Shown here: positions 8,331-17,268 of the stretch, piece after piece | Numbering within the stretch: position 1 is the stretch's first letter | How the letters are laid out: every line of letters begins with the position of its first letter | Virus record (IMG/VR): IMGVR_UViG_3300034045_000104 | Length of the DNA stretch: 29,236 bases | Direction: 5' to 3' (one strand) | Source of the DNA: a virus | Lineage: Duplodnaviria; Heunggongvirae; Uroviricota; Caudoviricetes | Notes under the pieces: generated by a model | Database searches by the model: none | What the model was told of the DNA's origin: nothing | The model's input: the letters and a program-made list of their open reading frames with translations, nothing else | Program-made: the position numbers and the translations under genes

Positions 8331-9020
8331 ATGAAAAAGAAAAAAATTGCATTTGCAGCACATACGGGCAACGTTATGAAAAGTACGTTATCTCAAGCTA
8401 TGACCATAATGTGCGGGAATCTTGGCATTAAATCATCAATAGCTTGTGCTGATGTTGACATGAGGTCAGCCTATGAGACATTAACCGACAGATTTAACAT
8501 AAGCAAAGAAAAGAACGATCACAAGAAAATGTATAAAGTTATCAATGCAGATAGTGTTCAAAATGCAATTGATTCCCATACTGATGAAGATCTATATATT
8601 ATTGATTGTCCATCACCCATTAAAGATTCTATCGTGACTTTAATTGACAATGTTGATTGTCTGGTTATGCCATGTCCCGGGAGTGTTAAGGACATAAGAG
8701 CTGCCACCAAAGTTATATACAGCCTTGGCTCTAAAGGAATACCAACAGATAAGATACTTATAGTTATGTCCAGAATCTCCTCAAACAATAAATCAGCACA
8801 AAAAGAGTTTAAATTCGCTTGTAATTATTTAAATAGTATAAAAGTATTATCTCCAGATAAGCTTAAGTTTAAAATATTTCCAGAGTATTTTAGAGAACTC
8901 AAAAGTTATCGAGATGCAATTAATATGGGGAATGCAATCTTTGAGACCACAAATCTTGGCATAAACATAGAGACCAAAGATAAAATAAAAAAATTAATCA
9001 AAACAACAATGGAGTACTAA
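8331..9020 (+). CDS. parA: ParA-family ATPase (type Ib, no N-terminal HTH) with non-canonical Walker A
   Basis: KIAFAAHTGNVMKST, ADVD, IIDCP, LVMPC; short ParA size; followed by a small DNA-binding gene. Confidence 0.85.
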   Translation: MKKKKIAFAAHTGNVMKSTLSQAMTIMCGNLGIKSSIACADVDMRSAYETLTDRFNISKEKNDHKKMYKVINADSVQNAIDSHTDEDLYIIDCPSPIKDSIVTLIDNVDCLVMPCPGSVKDIRAATKVIYSLGSKGIPTDKILIVMSRISSNNKSAQKEFKFACNYLNSIKVLSPDKLKFKIFPEYFRELKSYRDAINMGNAIFETTNLGINIETKDKIKKLIKTTMEY

Positions 9021-9021
9021 A

Positions 9022-9399
9022 ATGGCAAATCCTAGAACGCCCAATTTTGAAGGGCTAGACCAATTTACTACCAAGCCCACGCTTGTAGATCCGCTTACAT
9101 CACCAGAGCATAAAATAGAAACATCTCATATTGAACAAGAGATTAACAAACAACCATCAAAGACACCGGCAGTAAAAAAGCCAAAAAAAGACAAGGTGAA
9201 AAAAGAAAAGGTCCTCAGACGTAATGAGGTAGTGCGTGAATCGCATTTATCAACCATGATATCATTGGACACCTATGAGAAGTTAGAAGAGTTACAATAT
9301 AAAATGCGGCGTAAAACGAAGAAAAAAATTCACCTCAATTATTTGATAGAAGAGGGTGTTGAGCTTTTGTACGCCAAGCACATCAAAGATTTAAAGTAA
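9022..9399 (+). CDS. putative centromere-binding protein (ParG-like ribbon-helix-helix)
   Basis: Starts 1 nt after the parA stop; disordered N-terminus, C-terminal strand-helix-helix pattern HLSTMISLDTYEKLEEL...LNYLIEEGVELL. Confidence 0.65.
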   Translation: MANPRTPNFEGLDQFTTKPTLVDPLTSPEHKIETSHIEQEINKQPSKTPAVKKPKKDKVKKEKVLRRNEVVRESHLSTMISLDTYEKLEELQYKMRRKTKKKIHLNYLIEEGVELLYAKHIKDLK

Positions 9400-9523
9400 A
9401 TCTCATCAACATGGGCTGCAGCATTAATCATACCCTGGTTCATTATAGGATCACTATATTATTTGCGCGGTCCATTAAAAGGTCAGCTCACACATTTTAT
9501 TCTATTTCTGTGTGAGTTAAGAT

Positions 9524-9545
9524 AAGAGGGTGCTTGCACCCTCTT
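9524..9545. terminator. bidirectional terminator between convergent genes
   Basis: AAGAGGGTGC/GCACCCTCTT inverted repeat followed by a T tract. Confidence 0.75.
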
Positions 9546-9565
9546 TATTTTTGCCGATAGACTAA

Positions 9566-9979
9566 TTATAAAATATGATCTAGTAACAACAGATGTAACT
9601 CATCAAAATTATCAACACTAAATTTAACACCATTTAGATTCAAACCATGGCGAAGATCAATATCAATCTGAGAGATATTAGCACCTTCATCAACTTTAAA
9701 TTCAGCAATAGCAATATGTTTAGCGCCCATTACAAAGTTATACGAAACCTTCAGCCCAGGGCTGGCATCAGAAATATTGACTACTAAATTATGTCCATTT
9801 GCAATAAAACGATGCGCACTAATACCATCTTCTTGATTGACATAATACTCAGGTAAAATATCACCAAGCTCATTACTTGCGTTACATAGGTGGCCAATGA
9901 TATATTTACGCATATTGACCATGTTAGTATAGACCGCTCCTTTTGCTTTCAAGGATTCTAAAACTTCACTTTTTTTCAT
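9566..9979 (-). CDS. hypothetical protein
   Basis: 137-aa ORF, GGAG RBS, promoter 10043-10057. Confidence 0.75.
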   Translation of the reverse strand: MKKSEVLESLKAKGAVYTNMVNMRKYIIGHLCNASNELGDILPEYYVNQEDGISAHRFIANGHNLVVNISDASPGLKVSYNFVMGAKHIAIAEFKVDEGANISQIDIDLRHGLNLNGVKFSVDNFDELHLLLLDHIL

Positions 9980-10060
9980 ATGTTCTCCAAATTTACATTA
10001 AATATTAAAGGTCTTTATTTAAACCTCATTAACAACATTGATATTATAACAAAACGACAA

Positions 10061-10085
10061 AACCCGCCAATCATAAAAGCGGGTT
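10061..10085 (-). terminator. intrinsic terminator
   Basis: AACCCGC/GCGGGTT stem downstream of the 10101 ORF. Confidence 0.55.
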
Positions 10086-10100
10086 CACGGGTTTTAGTTA

Positions 10101-10478
10101 TTATCTTTCAACTCTTTGGAATCTGGGATTTATGATAAGTCCAGTATGAGAATTAATAACACTAGCCAACATTTCAGCATAAGCACCTTGGAAAGTATTA
10201 ACTACATTGTGAACTGGTAAAAATATTCCTAGCTCTTTGTCTTTTTTTCTGCCAATCTTAATAAATTCAAGGTCATAGGTATCGTTTGAATTAAGCGTTA
10301 TGCGTATGTAATTAATACCTTCTTTAGCGCGACATGTAAACTTGAATACCAATGTTTGGTTATATTTTCCATCACTAAAGAAATCTTTAGCACCCATTAC
10401 AATTTTCAATCTTCGCTGACCGCCTAATTGTTGTAAGATGATATCTGCTGCTGTTGGTTGTTTATAAGGTTGTGACAT
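10101..10478 (-). CDS. conserved phage/plasmid hypothetical protein (ILQQLGG family)
   Basis: IILQQLGG...MGAK...ITLNSNDTYDLEF...TGL pattern recalls a widespread MGE family; promoter 10509-10523. Confidence 0.8.
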   Translation of the reverse strand: MSQPYKQPTAADIILQQLGGQRRLKIVMGAKDFFSDGKYNQTLVFKFTCRAKEGINYIRITLNSNDTYDLEFIKIGRKKDKELGIFLPVHNVVNTFQGAYAEMLASVINSHTGLIINPRFQRVER

Positions 10479-10533
10479 AATAAATTCTCTTTTGGTTAGT
10501 ATTATTTAATTATAGATAAGCTAAATATAGCTA

Positions 10534-10854
10534 TTAAGCAACTACCGGCATATTTTCATTTGGCCCCATTAAAATTTCACGAAGTTCAAGATTGGCTTTA
10601 AATATTTCACCAAGCCTTACGTATATAAGTAAAACTCGGCATCTGTTAGCAGGCAATCCTTCAACGGTCAAAAGTCCTTTTTCTTGAACGTGTGTATTAT
10701 CTGGGATCAACTTCCAATCTTTATCGCCTTTTTTCTTAATGAATAAATAATTACTCACGTAATAGGGCAAACCTAATTTTCTATAGTCGAAAAACGGTTC
10801 AGCTATAATCCGTATAGCCAATCCATTTCTCTCTATGACCTTTTCATGCCTCAT
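10534..10854 (-). CDS. hypothetical protein
   Basis: 106-aa ORF, GAGG RBS, promoter 10893-10907. Confidence 0.7.
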   Translation of the reverse strand: MRHEKVIERNGLAIRIIAEPFFDYRKLGLPYYVSNYLFIKKKGDKDWKLIPDNTHVQEKGLLTVEGLPANRCRVLLIYVRLGEIFKANLELREILMGPNENMPVVA

Positions 10855-10911
10855 TTAATTTAACCTCGATTAGTTGATTTATTTACACTTCAATTATAGA
10901 TAAGCTAGAAC

Positions 10912-11256
10912 CTACGCGACTTTCGCCGCGATTTGTGGGACTTGTGATGGTTCTAAATCTATGATTTTAGAGTTACTAGGCTGCGCATCTTCGATGAAAC
11001 TAGCATTATCAAGATTTGATGTGTACTCAATGCCCTTATCAGAGCATAAAGTAGCAATGGCGATTCTGCCATCAATGGCTTTACCTTTTACATCCAAGGC
11101 ATCAAGCACGTCTTGAGCTTTATTTGAACCCAGAATGACAGCAACTCCGCCATCACGCAAAGCATGTCTAGCCGAAGACTTGAAAGAAACTTCAAAACGG
11201 TAAAGACCGTTAGTTACAGAAGCAAGAGCGATTGATTGAATTTGAGATAATTTCAT
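10912..11256 (-). CDS. hypothetical protein
   Basis: 114-aa ORF, AAGGGA RBS, promoter 11301-11315. Confidence 0.7.
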   Translation of the reverse strand: MKLSQIQSIALASVTNGLYRFEVSFKSSARHALRDGGVAVILGSNKAQDVLDALDVKGKAIDGRIAIATLCSDKGIEYTSNLDNASFIEDAQPSNSKIIDLEPSQVPQIAAKVA

Positions 11257-11475
11257 AATAATCCCTTTTGGTTAGTTGATTAGAATAATTAAGTTGATAA
11301 ATTATAGAATCACTAAAATATGAAAATATCTGATATCTGATATTTGATGGGGTTGGATGTGATGTTATTCCTAGATGCATCTTAAGTTTTAAATTAAGAG
11401 ATTATAAGAAGCGAAATATCCCAAAGAACATTAGCTGAAATCAAATCTTATCCCCCCATACAAATTCAGTAAGGT

Positions 11476-12057
11476 TTATTCAAACCCATTACTAAAGATT
11501 ATAGGCGTATCTAATAAGCCTGTTAAATCAACGGGATTATCACAAAGGATATCACCATTTGCGGAGTTAAAACTAAGAACATAGATATTTGAAGCTGAAT
11601 AATAATTCATATTTACATTCCCAGTCCCCAGATCAAATAACAAAGTATTACCCAGTAAAACTAACTGAGCACCACCACTTAAAATACTAGAACCAGATAC
11701 GGTATGACAATTGAAATAGTCTTGTTTTATCCATAGAAGGTCGGCAATCCCTGAAAAATCAAGATACGCTTCTGTGCTAAACGCATAATAATTCCCATCA
11801 AAGCCTATGTACTGGGAGCGGGTAGGGCAGTTAGGCTCATCATATACAAAATCAACATTAGCAACAGTTCCCATTATGGAATCAGTAATCAGGTCCATAT
11901 TGTATTTACAGGTATTGGCAAAATAATTGGTGGGATACTCTATCGGCAAAGTACAGCAAGTACCATCGCTACCTGTTATTTTTAAATTTCCAGCATTGGA
12001 AGATGTGCTCAATAGAACTAAGGCAATAATTGCAAATAATTTCATAAATGTACTCAT
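11476..12057 (-). CDS. secreted protein with C-terminal IFxNGFE motif
   Basis: Signal-peptide-like N-terminus (MKLFAIIALVLLSTSSNA), six Cys, ends PIIFSNGFE. Confidence 0.75.
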   Translation of the reverse strand: MSTFMKLFAIIALVLLSTSSNAGNLKITGSDGTCCTLPIEYPTNYFANTCKYNMDLITDSIMGTVANVDFVYDEPNCPTRSQYIGFDGNYYAFSTEAYLDFSGIADLLWIKQDYFNCHTVSGSSILSGGAQLVLLGNTLLFDLGTGNVNMNYYSASNIYVLSFNSANGDILCDNPVDLTGLLDTPIIFSNGFE

Positions 12058-12105
12058 AGTTTGATTACTTCATTATAGTGAAACGCTTATTTCACATTCT
12101 TTTAT

Positions 12106-12130
12106 ACAGGTGCGCCAACTGCGCACCTGT
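12106..12130. terminator. intrinsic terminator
   Basis: 10-bp perfect stem ACAGGTGCGC/GCGCACCTGT. Confidence 0.75.
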
Positions 12131-12148
12131 GAATATTACCATAAAACA

Positions 12149-12418
12149 TTAGAAAATGTGAGAAGTAACTCTGCAAACACTGGCATCAACTCCATCAACA
12201 GCGTTTAAAAAATCTAAATCAGACCAATAATCACCGAAGTTTAGGCAAAAATCACGGAATTTGGTAGTTTTATAGTTATTGAATTGATCGCGTACAACCT
12301 TGGCATGGAATATTGACTCACTTGCAAAATCAACTATCTTTAAGATTAATTGATGACTTGAGAGCCAGCCATTGGTGATAAGGTCTTTTTTAATTGTAAT
12401 GATATTTAATTTGCTCAT
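12149..12418 (-). CDS. hypothetical protein (start revised to ATG 12418, 89 aa)
   Basis: The conserved promoter (12450-12464) lies inside the longer track ORF, so the upstream ATG is unlikely. Confidence 0.65.
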   Translation of the reverse strand: MSKLNIITIKKDLITNGWLSSHQLILKIVDFASESIFHAKVVRDQFNNYKTTKFRDFCLNFGDYWSDLDFLNAVDGVDASVCRVTSHIF

Positions 12419-12489
12419 GATATTTAATCCTAATGTTGTTAGATAAAATATTATAAACAGGCTAGATAACCACAAATTTAAGGCAAAAA

Positions 12490-12513
12490 AATAGCCCATA
12501 TTATTGGGCTATT
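12490..12513 (-). terminator. intrinsic terminator
   Basis: AATAGCCCA/TGGGCTATT stem with an adjacent A run on the plus strand. Confidence 0.75.
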
Positions 12514-12519
12514 AAAATA

Positions 12520-12675
12520 TCAATGCACTAAAGTCTTTTATAATTCGCTTTATATGCTACAAACCATCTACTTCCATCCATCTTTATTCACACATTCCTC
12601 AAATTATTATTTCACGGCTTAAACTACATTCAGTCAATCAATAACTGATATTTACAAAACACCTCAATTTTTCAT
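12520..12675 (-). pseudogene. possible decayed cassette: promoter + RBS + ATG + terminator but no open frame
   Basis: Promoter 12701-12715, AAGGAG RBS, ATG 12675, stop at codon 4 and stops in all frames. Confidence 0.3.
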
Positions 12676-12774
12676 ATCATCTCCTTTTTTAGATTAACTA
12701 ATTATATTAGAACGAGAACATCAAATAAATTCTAAACCTCGATAAGCCAACCACCCCAGTATATATTCTTTAAT

Positions 12775-13044
12775 TCAAAGGCTGTCAGCGATCTTTGTAA
12801 GTTTTTCTAAATCCAAACAAGCAAACGAATAACTGTGGCCATTATTATCAATAAAGTTATAATTACAGACCTCAGTAATATACCTATCAGCTTCTAGATT
12901 ATATTGATAGGCATGCGGCAACTTGAGCACCCTATTTGTCGAAAACATACTTTCAACCCCTTTTTCCTTAACCTTTTTATCAATACGCTCTTCAATATCA
13001 TCGATAAGCTTATTATATCTAGATTCAAACGAACCCATTTGCAT
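12775..13044 (-). CDS. hypothetical protein (possible distant paralog of 27305-27556)
   Basis: 89-aa ORF, GGAG RBS. Confidence 0.7.
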   Translation of the reverse strand: MQMGSFESRYNKLIDDIEERIDKKVKEKGVESMFSTNRVLKLPHAYQYNLEADRYITEVCNYNFIDNNGHSYSFACLDLEKLTKIADSL

Positions 13045-13049
13045 CTCTC

Positions 13050-13346
13050 CTATCTTATTATTTTAACGATAAAGTGAAAACCAATATCGTGTTTTTTAAA
13101 AAACTGCTCCGCACTTAATATACTCTTCTTCAATACTTTATTATCAATCAATTCTTTCATTAATGTGAAAACGTGTTCTTGCACCATGGATTCGTCATAC
13201 CTTTGACTACCCATAAAACACTCGATCTCATCACAAGAGCCACGATTTATAAAGACCATGCCTTGATATTCGTCACCAAACCGATTGAAAAAGCAGAAAA
13301 TATTTCTGATATCAACTTCACCAGGCATTAAAATCGATTCTAGCAT
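13050..13346 (-). CDS. hypothetical protein
   Basis: 98-aa ORF overlapping the end of the upstream gene. Confidence 0.65.
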   Translation of the reverse strand: MLESILMPGEVDIRNIFCFFNRFGDEYQGMVFINRGSCDEIECFMGSQRYDESMVQEHVFTLMKELIDNKVLKKSILSAEQFFKKHDIGFHFIVKIIR

Positions 13347-13600
13347 AATATATTCACTATTTTGGTCAATGAACCATCATCATTTTTATAAACACCGCCA
13401 GCCCTAACACCCGTTTTCTTGGGAAAACAAAATCCATAGCACAAACCCTTTGACTTATTTGGCTCAAACAATGTAGCTGTTATTGCTATACAGACATCAT
13501 CCTCAAGACCATTCAAATGCTCTGCAGCTAACTTTGTAACCTCGCTGACATTCTGGTCATTAATGTTAAAATCCACCTTGCTGTTATGTTGTACCATCAT
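13340..13600 (-). CDS. hypothetical protein
   Basis: 86-aa ORF, AGGT RBS, promoter variant 13627-13641. Confidence 0.65.
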   Translation of the reverse strand: MMVQHNSKVDFNINDQNVSEVTKLAAEHLNGLEDDVCIAITATLFEPNKSKGLCYGFCFPKKTGVRAGGVYKNDDGSLTKIVNILC

Positions 13601-13659
13601 TGTAATTTACCTGTTTATGTTGATTAATTCTAGACAAACAAAAATTAAGCCCATAATTA

Positions 13660-14148
13660 TTAGCCAAAACCAAATAGCGTTTGTTGAGCTCCAGCAAACT
13701 TTTCCATCTCTGCTGATTTCTGGTCTTTAATTGCTTTGATACCAGCTTGCTCATCTTTATATTCAGCCACTCCTTTTAAAATGCCCTCAAACAGTTCAAT
13801 GGCCTGTTCTTGAGTTAAAGCACCGGCACAGTTATTGCCAAAAAGATTAACCGTTTGTCCAGTACCGGTATAATGACCCCACCCCTTGCTTGCTGCAAAA
13901 AATTGAATAGTTCCAGAATGAGTTGTATTAGTACCATCATCAAACTCACTCATATGACGCACCACAAGCCAAGCCTTCAATCCACCTGACTCATACATAA
14001 AACAATCCTCGTATCGCTTAACGTGCCATTGAACAAGCTCATCATCTAATTCAATTACTTCATGTTCATACCCATGGGATTCAGAATTCATAACAACCAC
14101 ATCACTTGTTAGAAACCCATCTTTTGTTTTGATATTTGATATTTGCAT
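13660..14148 (-). CDS. hypothetical protein with C-terminal QQTLF (possible beta-clamp-binding motif)
   Basis: 162-aa ORF, AGGTGA RBS, promoter 14188-14202. Confidence 0.75.
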   Translation of the reverse strand: MQISNIKTKDGFLTSDVVVMNSESHGYEHEVIELDDELVQWHVKRYEDCFMYESGGLKAWLVVRHMSEFDDGTNTTHSGTIQFFAASKGWGHYTGTGQTVNLFGNNCAGALTQEQAIELFEGILKGVAEYKDEQAGIKAIKDQKSAEMEKFAGAQQTLFGFG

Positions 14149-14203
14149 AAGTCACCTGTTAAATTACATAGTTTTTAATATTAAAATATTATAGTGAAGC
14201 TAC

Positions 14204-14228
14204 ATCCCCAAGCGCGTAGCTTGGGGAT
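14204..14228. terminator. intrinsic terminator
   Basis: ATCCCCAAGC/GCTTGGGGAT 10-bp stem. Confidence 0.7.
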
Positions 14229-14233
14229 TGCAA

Positions 14234-14593
14234 CTACATGCCGACAGGCTTACTTGTTACAGCAAATATATGATTTCTGTTATCAGTCGCAATAACTGAA
14301 AATTCCCGATTCCTTGTTAAAAATCCATTCATTTCATCAACATCATCATCCACCATACCAATTTCAAATAATTTATTATCTGACTTTATGAAAAAACCAT
14401 CACCCTTGGCAGGAGCAGGCGGTACCCAATTATTAACATCAGCCACCAAATGGCGACCAAACAACGTACCTACAACACTAGAACCACCAGTAACACGATT
14501 TTTATCAAAAATGGCATCAGTAACAGTTAGCAACTGCCCACCATGACGAACCACTAATTCCATCCAGTCATTATCAAAAGTTAATTTGTTCAT
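14234..14593 (-). CDS. hypothetical protein (start ATG 14593 or GTG 14605)
   Basis: ORF with promoter 14621-14635. Confidence 0.7.
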   Translation of the reverse strand: MNKLTFDNDWMELVVRHGGQLLTVTDAIFDKNRVTGGSSVVGTLFGRHLVADVNNWVPPAPAKGDGFFIKSDNKLFEIGMVDDDVDEMNGFLTRNREFSVIATDNRNHIFAVTSKPVGM

Positions 14594-14727
14594 TGTATTT
14601 CTCACTATTATTAATGCTTAATTATAAGATAACTCAAATTTCAAAATTAACCATACCAACCTTGAGCACGCCATCCCCACCATAATCATTCGGCACCAGC
14701 ACCATCTTGCAGCAATCTAAAACGACT

Positions 14728-14982
14728 CTAATAATCCACACCAACAGATGTAGAAGATGTAGAAGTAGAGTAGGGCACTAACACGTCATAATGTTCTTGT
14801 GTTATGAAGTCATAGCCTTCCCAGAATATCGCCTTATCAAGCATCTCATCTAATTTCAAATCATCAACCTTAACAACCTCAAGGGTTAATCTCTTATTCT
14901 TCGCATCATCAACAAGAACATCTATGCCCTCACCACCTGTAAGCGTACAAACCGCTTCAACACCATATAAAATATGTTTCAT
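14728..14982 (-). CDS. hypothetical protein
   Basis: 84-aa ORF abutting the upstream stop codon. Confidence 0.6.
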   Translation of the reverse strand: MKHILYGVEAVCTLTGGEGIDVLVDDAKNKRLTLEVVKVDDLKLDEMLDKAIFWEGYDFITQEHYDVLVPYSTSTSSTSVGVDY

Positions 14983-15177
14983 TTAAATTTCCTCTACATC
15001 AATTAATTTATACATTTCTAACCAACAAGCACCACATTCACGGCACTTAACATCACGTCCAGCACTTCCGTCACCAACATCCACATTAGTATATTCCATC
15101 TCGTAACTGCCACAGTGCATACACTTGAATGGCTTGTCCAAGTAAGCATCTTTTTTTCTTTGTGTGATTGTTGACAT
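14983..15177 (-). CDS. small zinc-ribbon protein
   Basis: CMHC...CREC, 64 aa; promoter 15208-15222. Confidence 0.75.
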   Translation of the reverse strand: MSTITQRKKDAYLDKPFKCMHCGSYEMEYTNVDVGDGSAGRDVKCRECGACWLEMYKLIDVEEI

Positions 15178-15244
15178 GATTTATACCAATGCTGTTAATA
15201 TGGAAATATTATAATTTAACGAAAATCACAGACGTTGATGAAAT

Positions 15245-15985
15245 TTAAAAGCCCATTGAATCTAGCATCTTCTTAAATTCCACGTAAAAACTACAATTCT
15301 TTGTTCCTTCATAATATTCAATATTATGTGTTACATACTTGTAAATCGACCACATCACATCCCCATCGATCATAGAATGGTTTGATTTAACAACTTGTTG
15401 CAAGTAATAATCAATGACATCAGGCTCTTGTAGTTCGCGCTTAACAACCAAGGCCAAATGTTCTGCCTCTGTGTAAGGCTTCTCTAAGCGCAAGTATTTG
15501 TTGATTACACCATCAGCATCAGTTTTTAACATTTCAAGCACTGGCACTAAGTATGTATCCCTTATCAATGCTTTAATGACATCACCATCATCTCCATACA
15601 GCCAGTTTTGAAAAACATCAGAATTTAGAAAAACATTATTAACAAGCCGAGTTATTTTCTCAATGGCAAAAGCGTGCGTGCATTCAACGTATTCAATATT
15701 GATATTGGCATCACTCACAATCTGTTTTAGGCTTATATCAACACTAGGGCGAAGGTTAACGCCATATACCTCAACTTGTTGTCCACAGACGCCCTCTTGG
15801 TCAAGTTCTACTAACCACTTGCCATTAAGAGAATGATGGGCATAATCATGATTGACATTAATATTATCCAACCTATTAATATTTGATAGCTTTTTGATTA
15901 TGATACCTTGGCCAAGTCTATATTGGCCATCATAAACAGGCGCGTGATAAACCTTCATACCAATTTTAAGTTCTTTTAACTGCAT
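15245..15985 (-). CDS. hypothetical protein (SH3/KOW-like N-terminus possible)
   Basis: 246-aa ORF; LKIGMKVYH...GIII...WLVELD pattern; promoter 16015-16029. Confidence 0.75.
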   Translation of the reverse strand: MQLKELKIGMKVYHAPVYDGQYRLGQGIIIKKLSNINRLDNINVNHDYAHHSLNGKWLVELDQEGVCGQQVEVYGVNLRPSVDISLKQIVSDANINIEYVECTHAFAIEKITRLVNNVFLNSDVFQNWLYGDDGDVIKALIRDTYLVPVLEMLKTDADGVINKYLRLEKPYTEAEHLALVVKRELQEPDVIDYYLQQVVKSNHSMIDGDVMWSIYKYVTHNIEYYEGTKNCSFYVEFKKMLDSMGF

Positions 15986-16060
15986 TGGGATTCTCGAAAT
16001 TATTAATTAATTGAATTATAGTTGCACTAACATTAGACAAGCTATAACAATACACACCAA

Positions 16061-16339
16061 CTACTCAACCTCTCCCAACAAAGAAGCATCGCAACTCATC
16101 AAGGTGTCAACAGGGTGGGGGAACCAATAGGAATCAGTACTCAAGTGCGCATCACTGCCATCAAACCCAATAATGCTATGCACCCACTTAACGCCATAAT
16201 CGTTTTCCCAACGAACCACATCACCAACCTTTAGTTCGCAGCCATTAGGAGCAATATTTGTTAGTTTTTCCTTGGCATAAGCTAAAGCCTTAGCACTAGG
16301 AATAAGATTGCCATCATATACTTTATTAATATTGGCCAT
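16061..16339 (-). CDS. conserved plasmid/phage hypothetical protein
   Basis: LKVGDVVRWENDYGV...IIGF...YWFP pattern; GAG RBS; promoter 16368-16382. Confidence 0.75.
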   Translation of the reverse strand: MANINKVYDGNLIPSAKALAYAKEKLTNIAPNGCELKVGDVVRWENDYGVKWVHSIIGFDGSDAHLSTDSYWFPHPVDTLMSCDASLLGEVE

Positions 16340-16439
16340 TTGATATCTCGTTTATTGTTAATCGTTAATTATAGTCATGCAAAGAAAACCCCCGCATATT
16401 GTTATATACGAGGCCTTACAATATTTAGTTTTACAGGCT

Positions 16440-16781
16440 TTATACAACTTGTACGTGGCTCATTTCATGGTCGCCCACCATTAACCCCGTTTTCCATGCT
16501 TTAAACACCGTATTTGGGTCTTTAAGCTTGCGTTCTTTCAACCACTGAACTCTATCGGAGTTCTCTCCATTTGCTATACGTCCAAAGGCCGTTTCTTCAA
16601 AAACAGGAAACCATTCTTCAACTAAACGCATATGGACTTGCTTAGGTGTTGTTTTCACAACTTCAAACGTGGAGCCAAAAGATGTATTACGCGCCCTTTT
16701 AAAATGCACTTGCTGACCCACAACAACGTGATTCATACTAGTACACACTAATTTTCTACTATCTACATTCATTAATGACAT
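16440..16781 (-). CDS. hypothetical protein (start revised to ATG 16781, 113 aa)
   Basis: GAGGTG RBS; promoter variant 16814-16828 and terminator 16830-16859 lie inside the longer track ORF. Confidence 0.7.
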   Translation of the reverse strand: MSLMNVDSRKLVCTSMNHVVVGQQVHFKRARNTSFGSTFEVVKTTPKQVHMRLVEEWFPVFEETAFGRIANGENSDRVQWLKERKLKDPNTVFKAWKTGLMVGDHEMSHVQVV

Positions 16782-16829
16782 TTTCGCCACCTCTTTAAAG
16801 TTTACATGTAAGCATTGTAACCAGACTAC

Positions 16830-16859
16830 AATGCCTGTGCTTAACCAGGCACAGGCATT
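16830..16859. terminator. intrinsic terminator
   Basis: 11-bp perfect stem AATGCCTGTGC/GCACAGGCATT. Confidence 0.75.
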
Positions 16860-16868
16860 GACCAATAA

Positions 16869-17195
16869 CTAATTTCTAAAATGAAACGCTATTTCGGTAT
16901 TGGTTAAACTAATATGTCTTAGATTACTCAACCCGCTTAAAAACTCGACATCATCCATATCAAGCGCCTTGGGGCTTTTATCATATCCCAAAATTTTAGA
17001 AGAGGGCATTATGAAATTAGCAATGTGTCCATGAATAGTTTCAAAGATAAAAACCTTTGGCAAGCAATTGAAATGCTCTCCTATATCTTTAATCAAACTT
17101 CTTGAAAGACTAGATAAACAAGCCACATCCTCATCATTGTAATAAATTTCTTGTGCCACCACTTCATTATTTTGAACACTTGCTGAATTACCCAT
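16869..17195 (-). CDS. hypothetical protein
   Basis: 108-aa ORF, promoter 17224-17238. Confidence 0.7.
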   Translation of the reverse strand: MGNSASVQNNEVVAQEIYYNDEDVACLSSLSRSLIKDIGEHFNCLPKVFIFETIHGHIANFIMPSSKILGYDKSPKALDMDDVEFLSGLSNLRHISLTNTEIAFHFRN

Positions 17196-17268
17196 TTTCT
17201 CATTCTCTTTGTTTAGATACTAGATTATACAAACGCTAATTAACCAACATCGCTCAAGCAACCGCCGC

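Noticed and set aside
8074-8788. Minus-strand ORFs 8074-8361 and 8558-8788
   Set aside because: The first is a translation of the 8-bp repeat array (24-nt periodic peptide); the second is antisense to parA.
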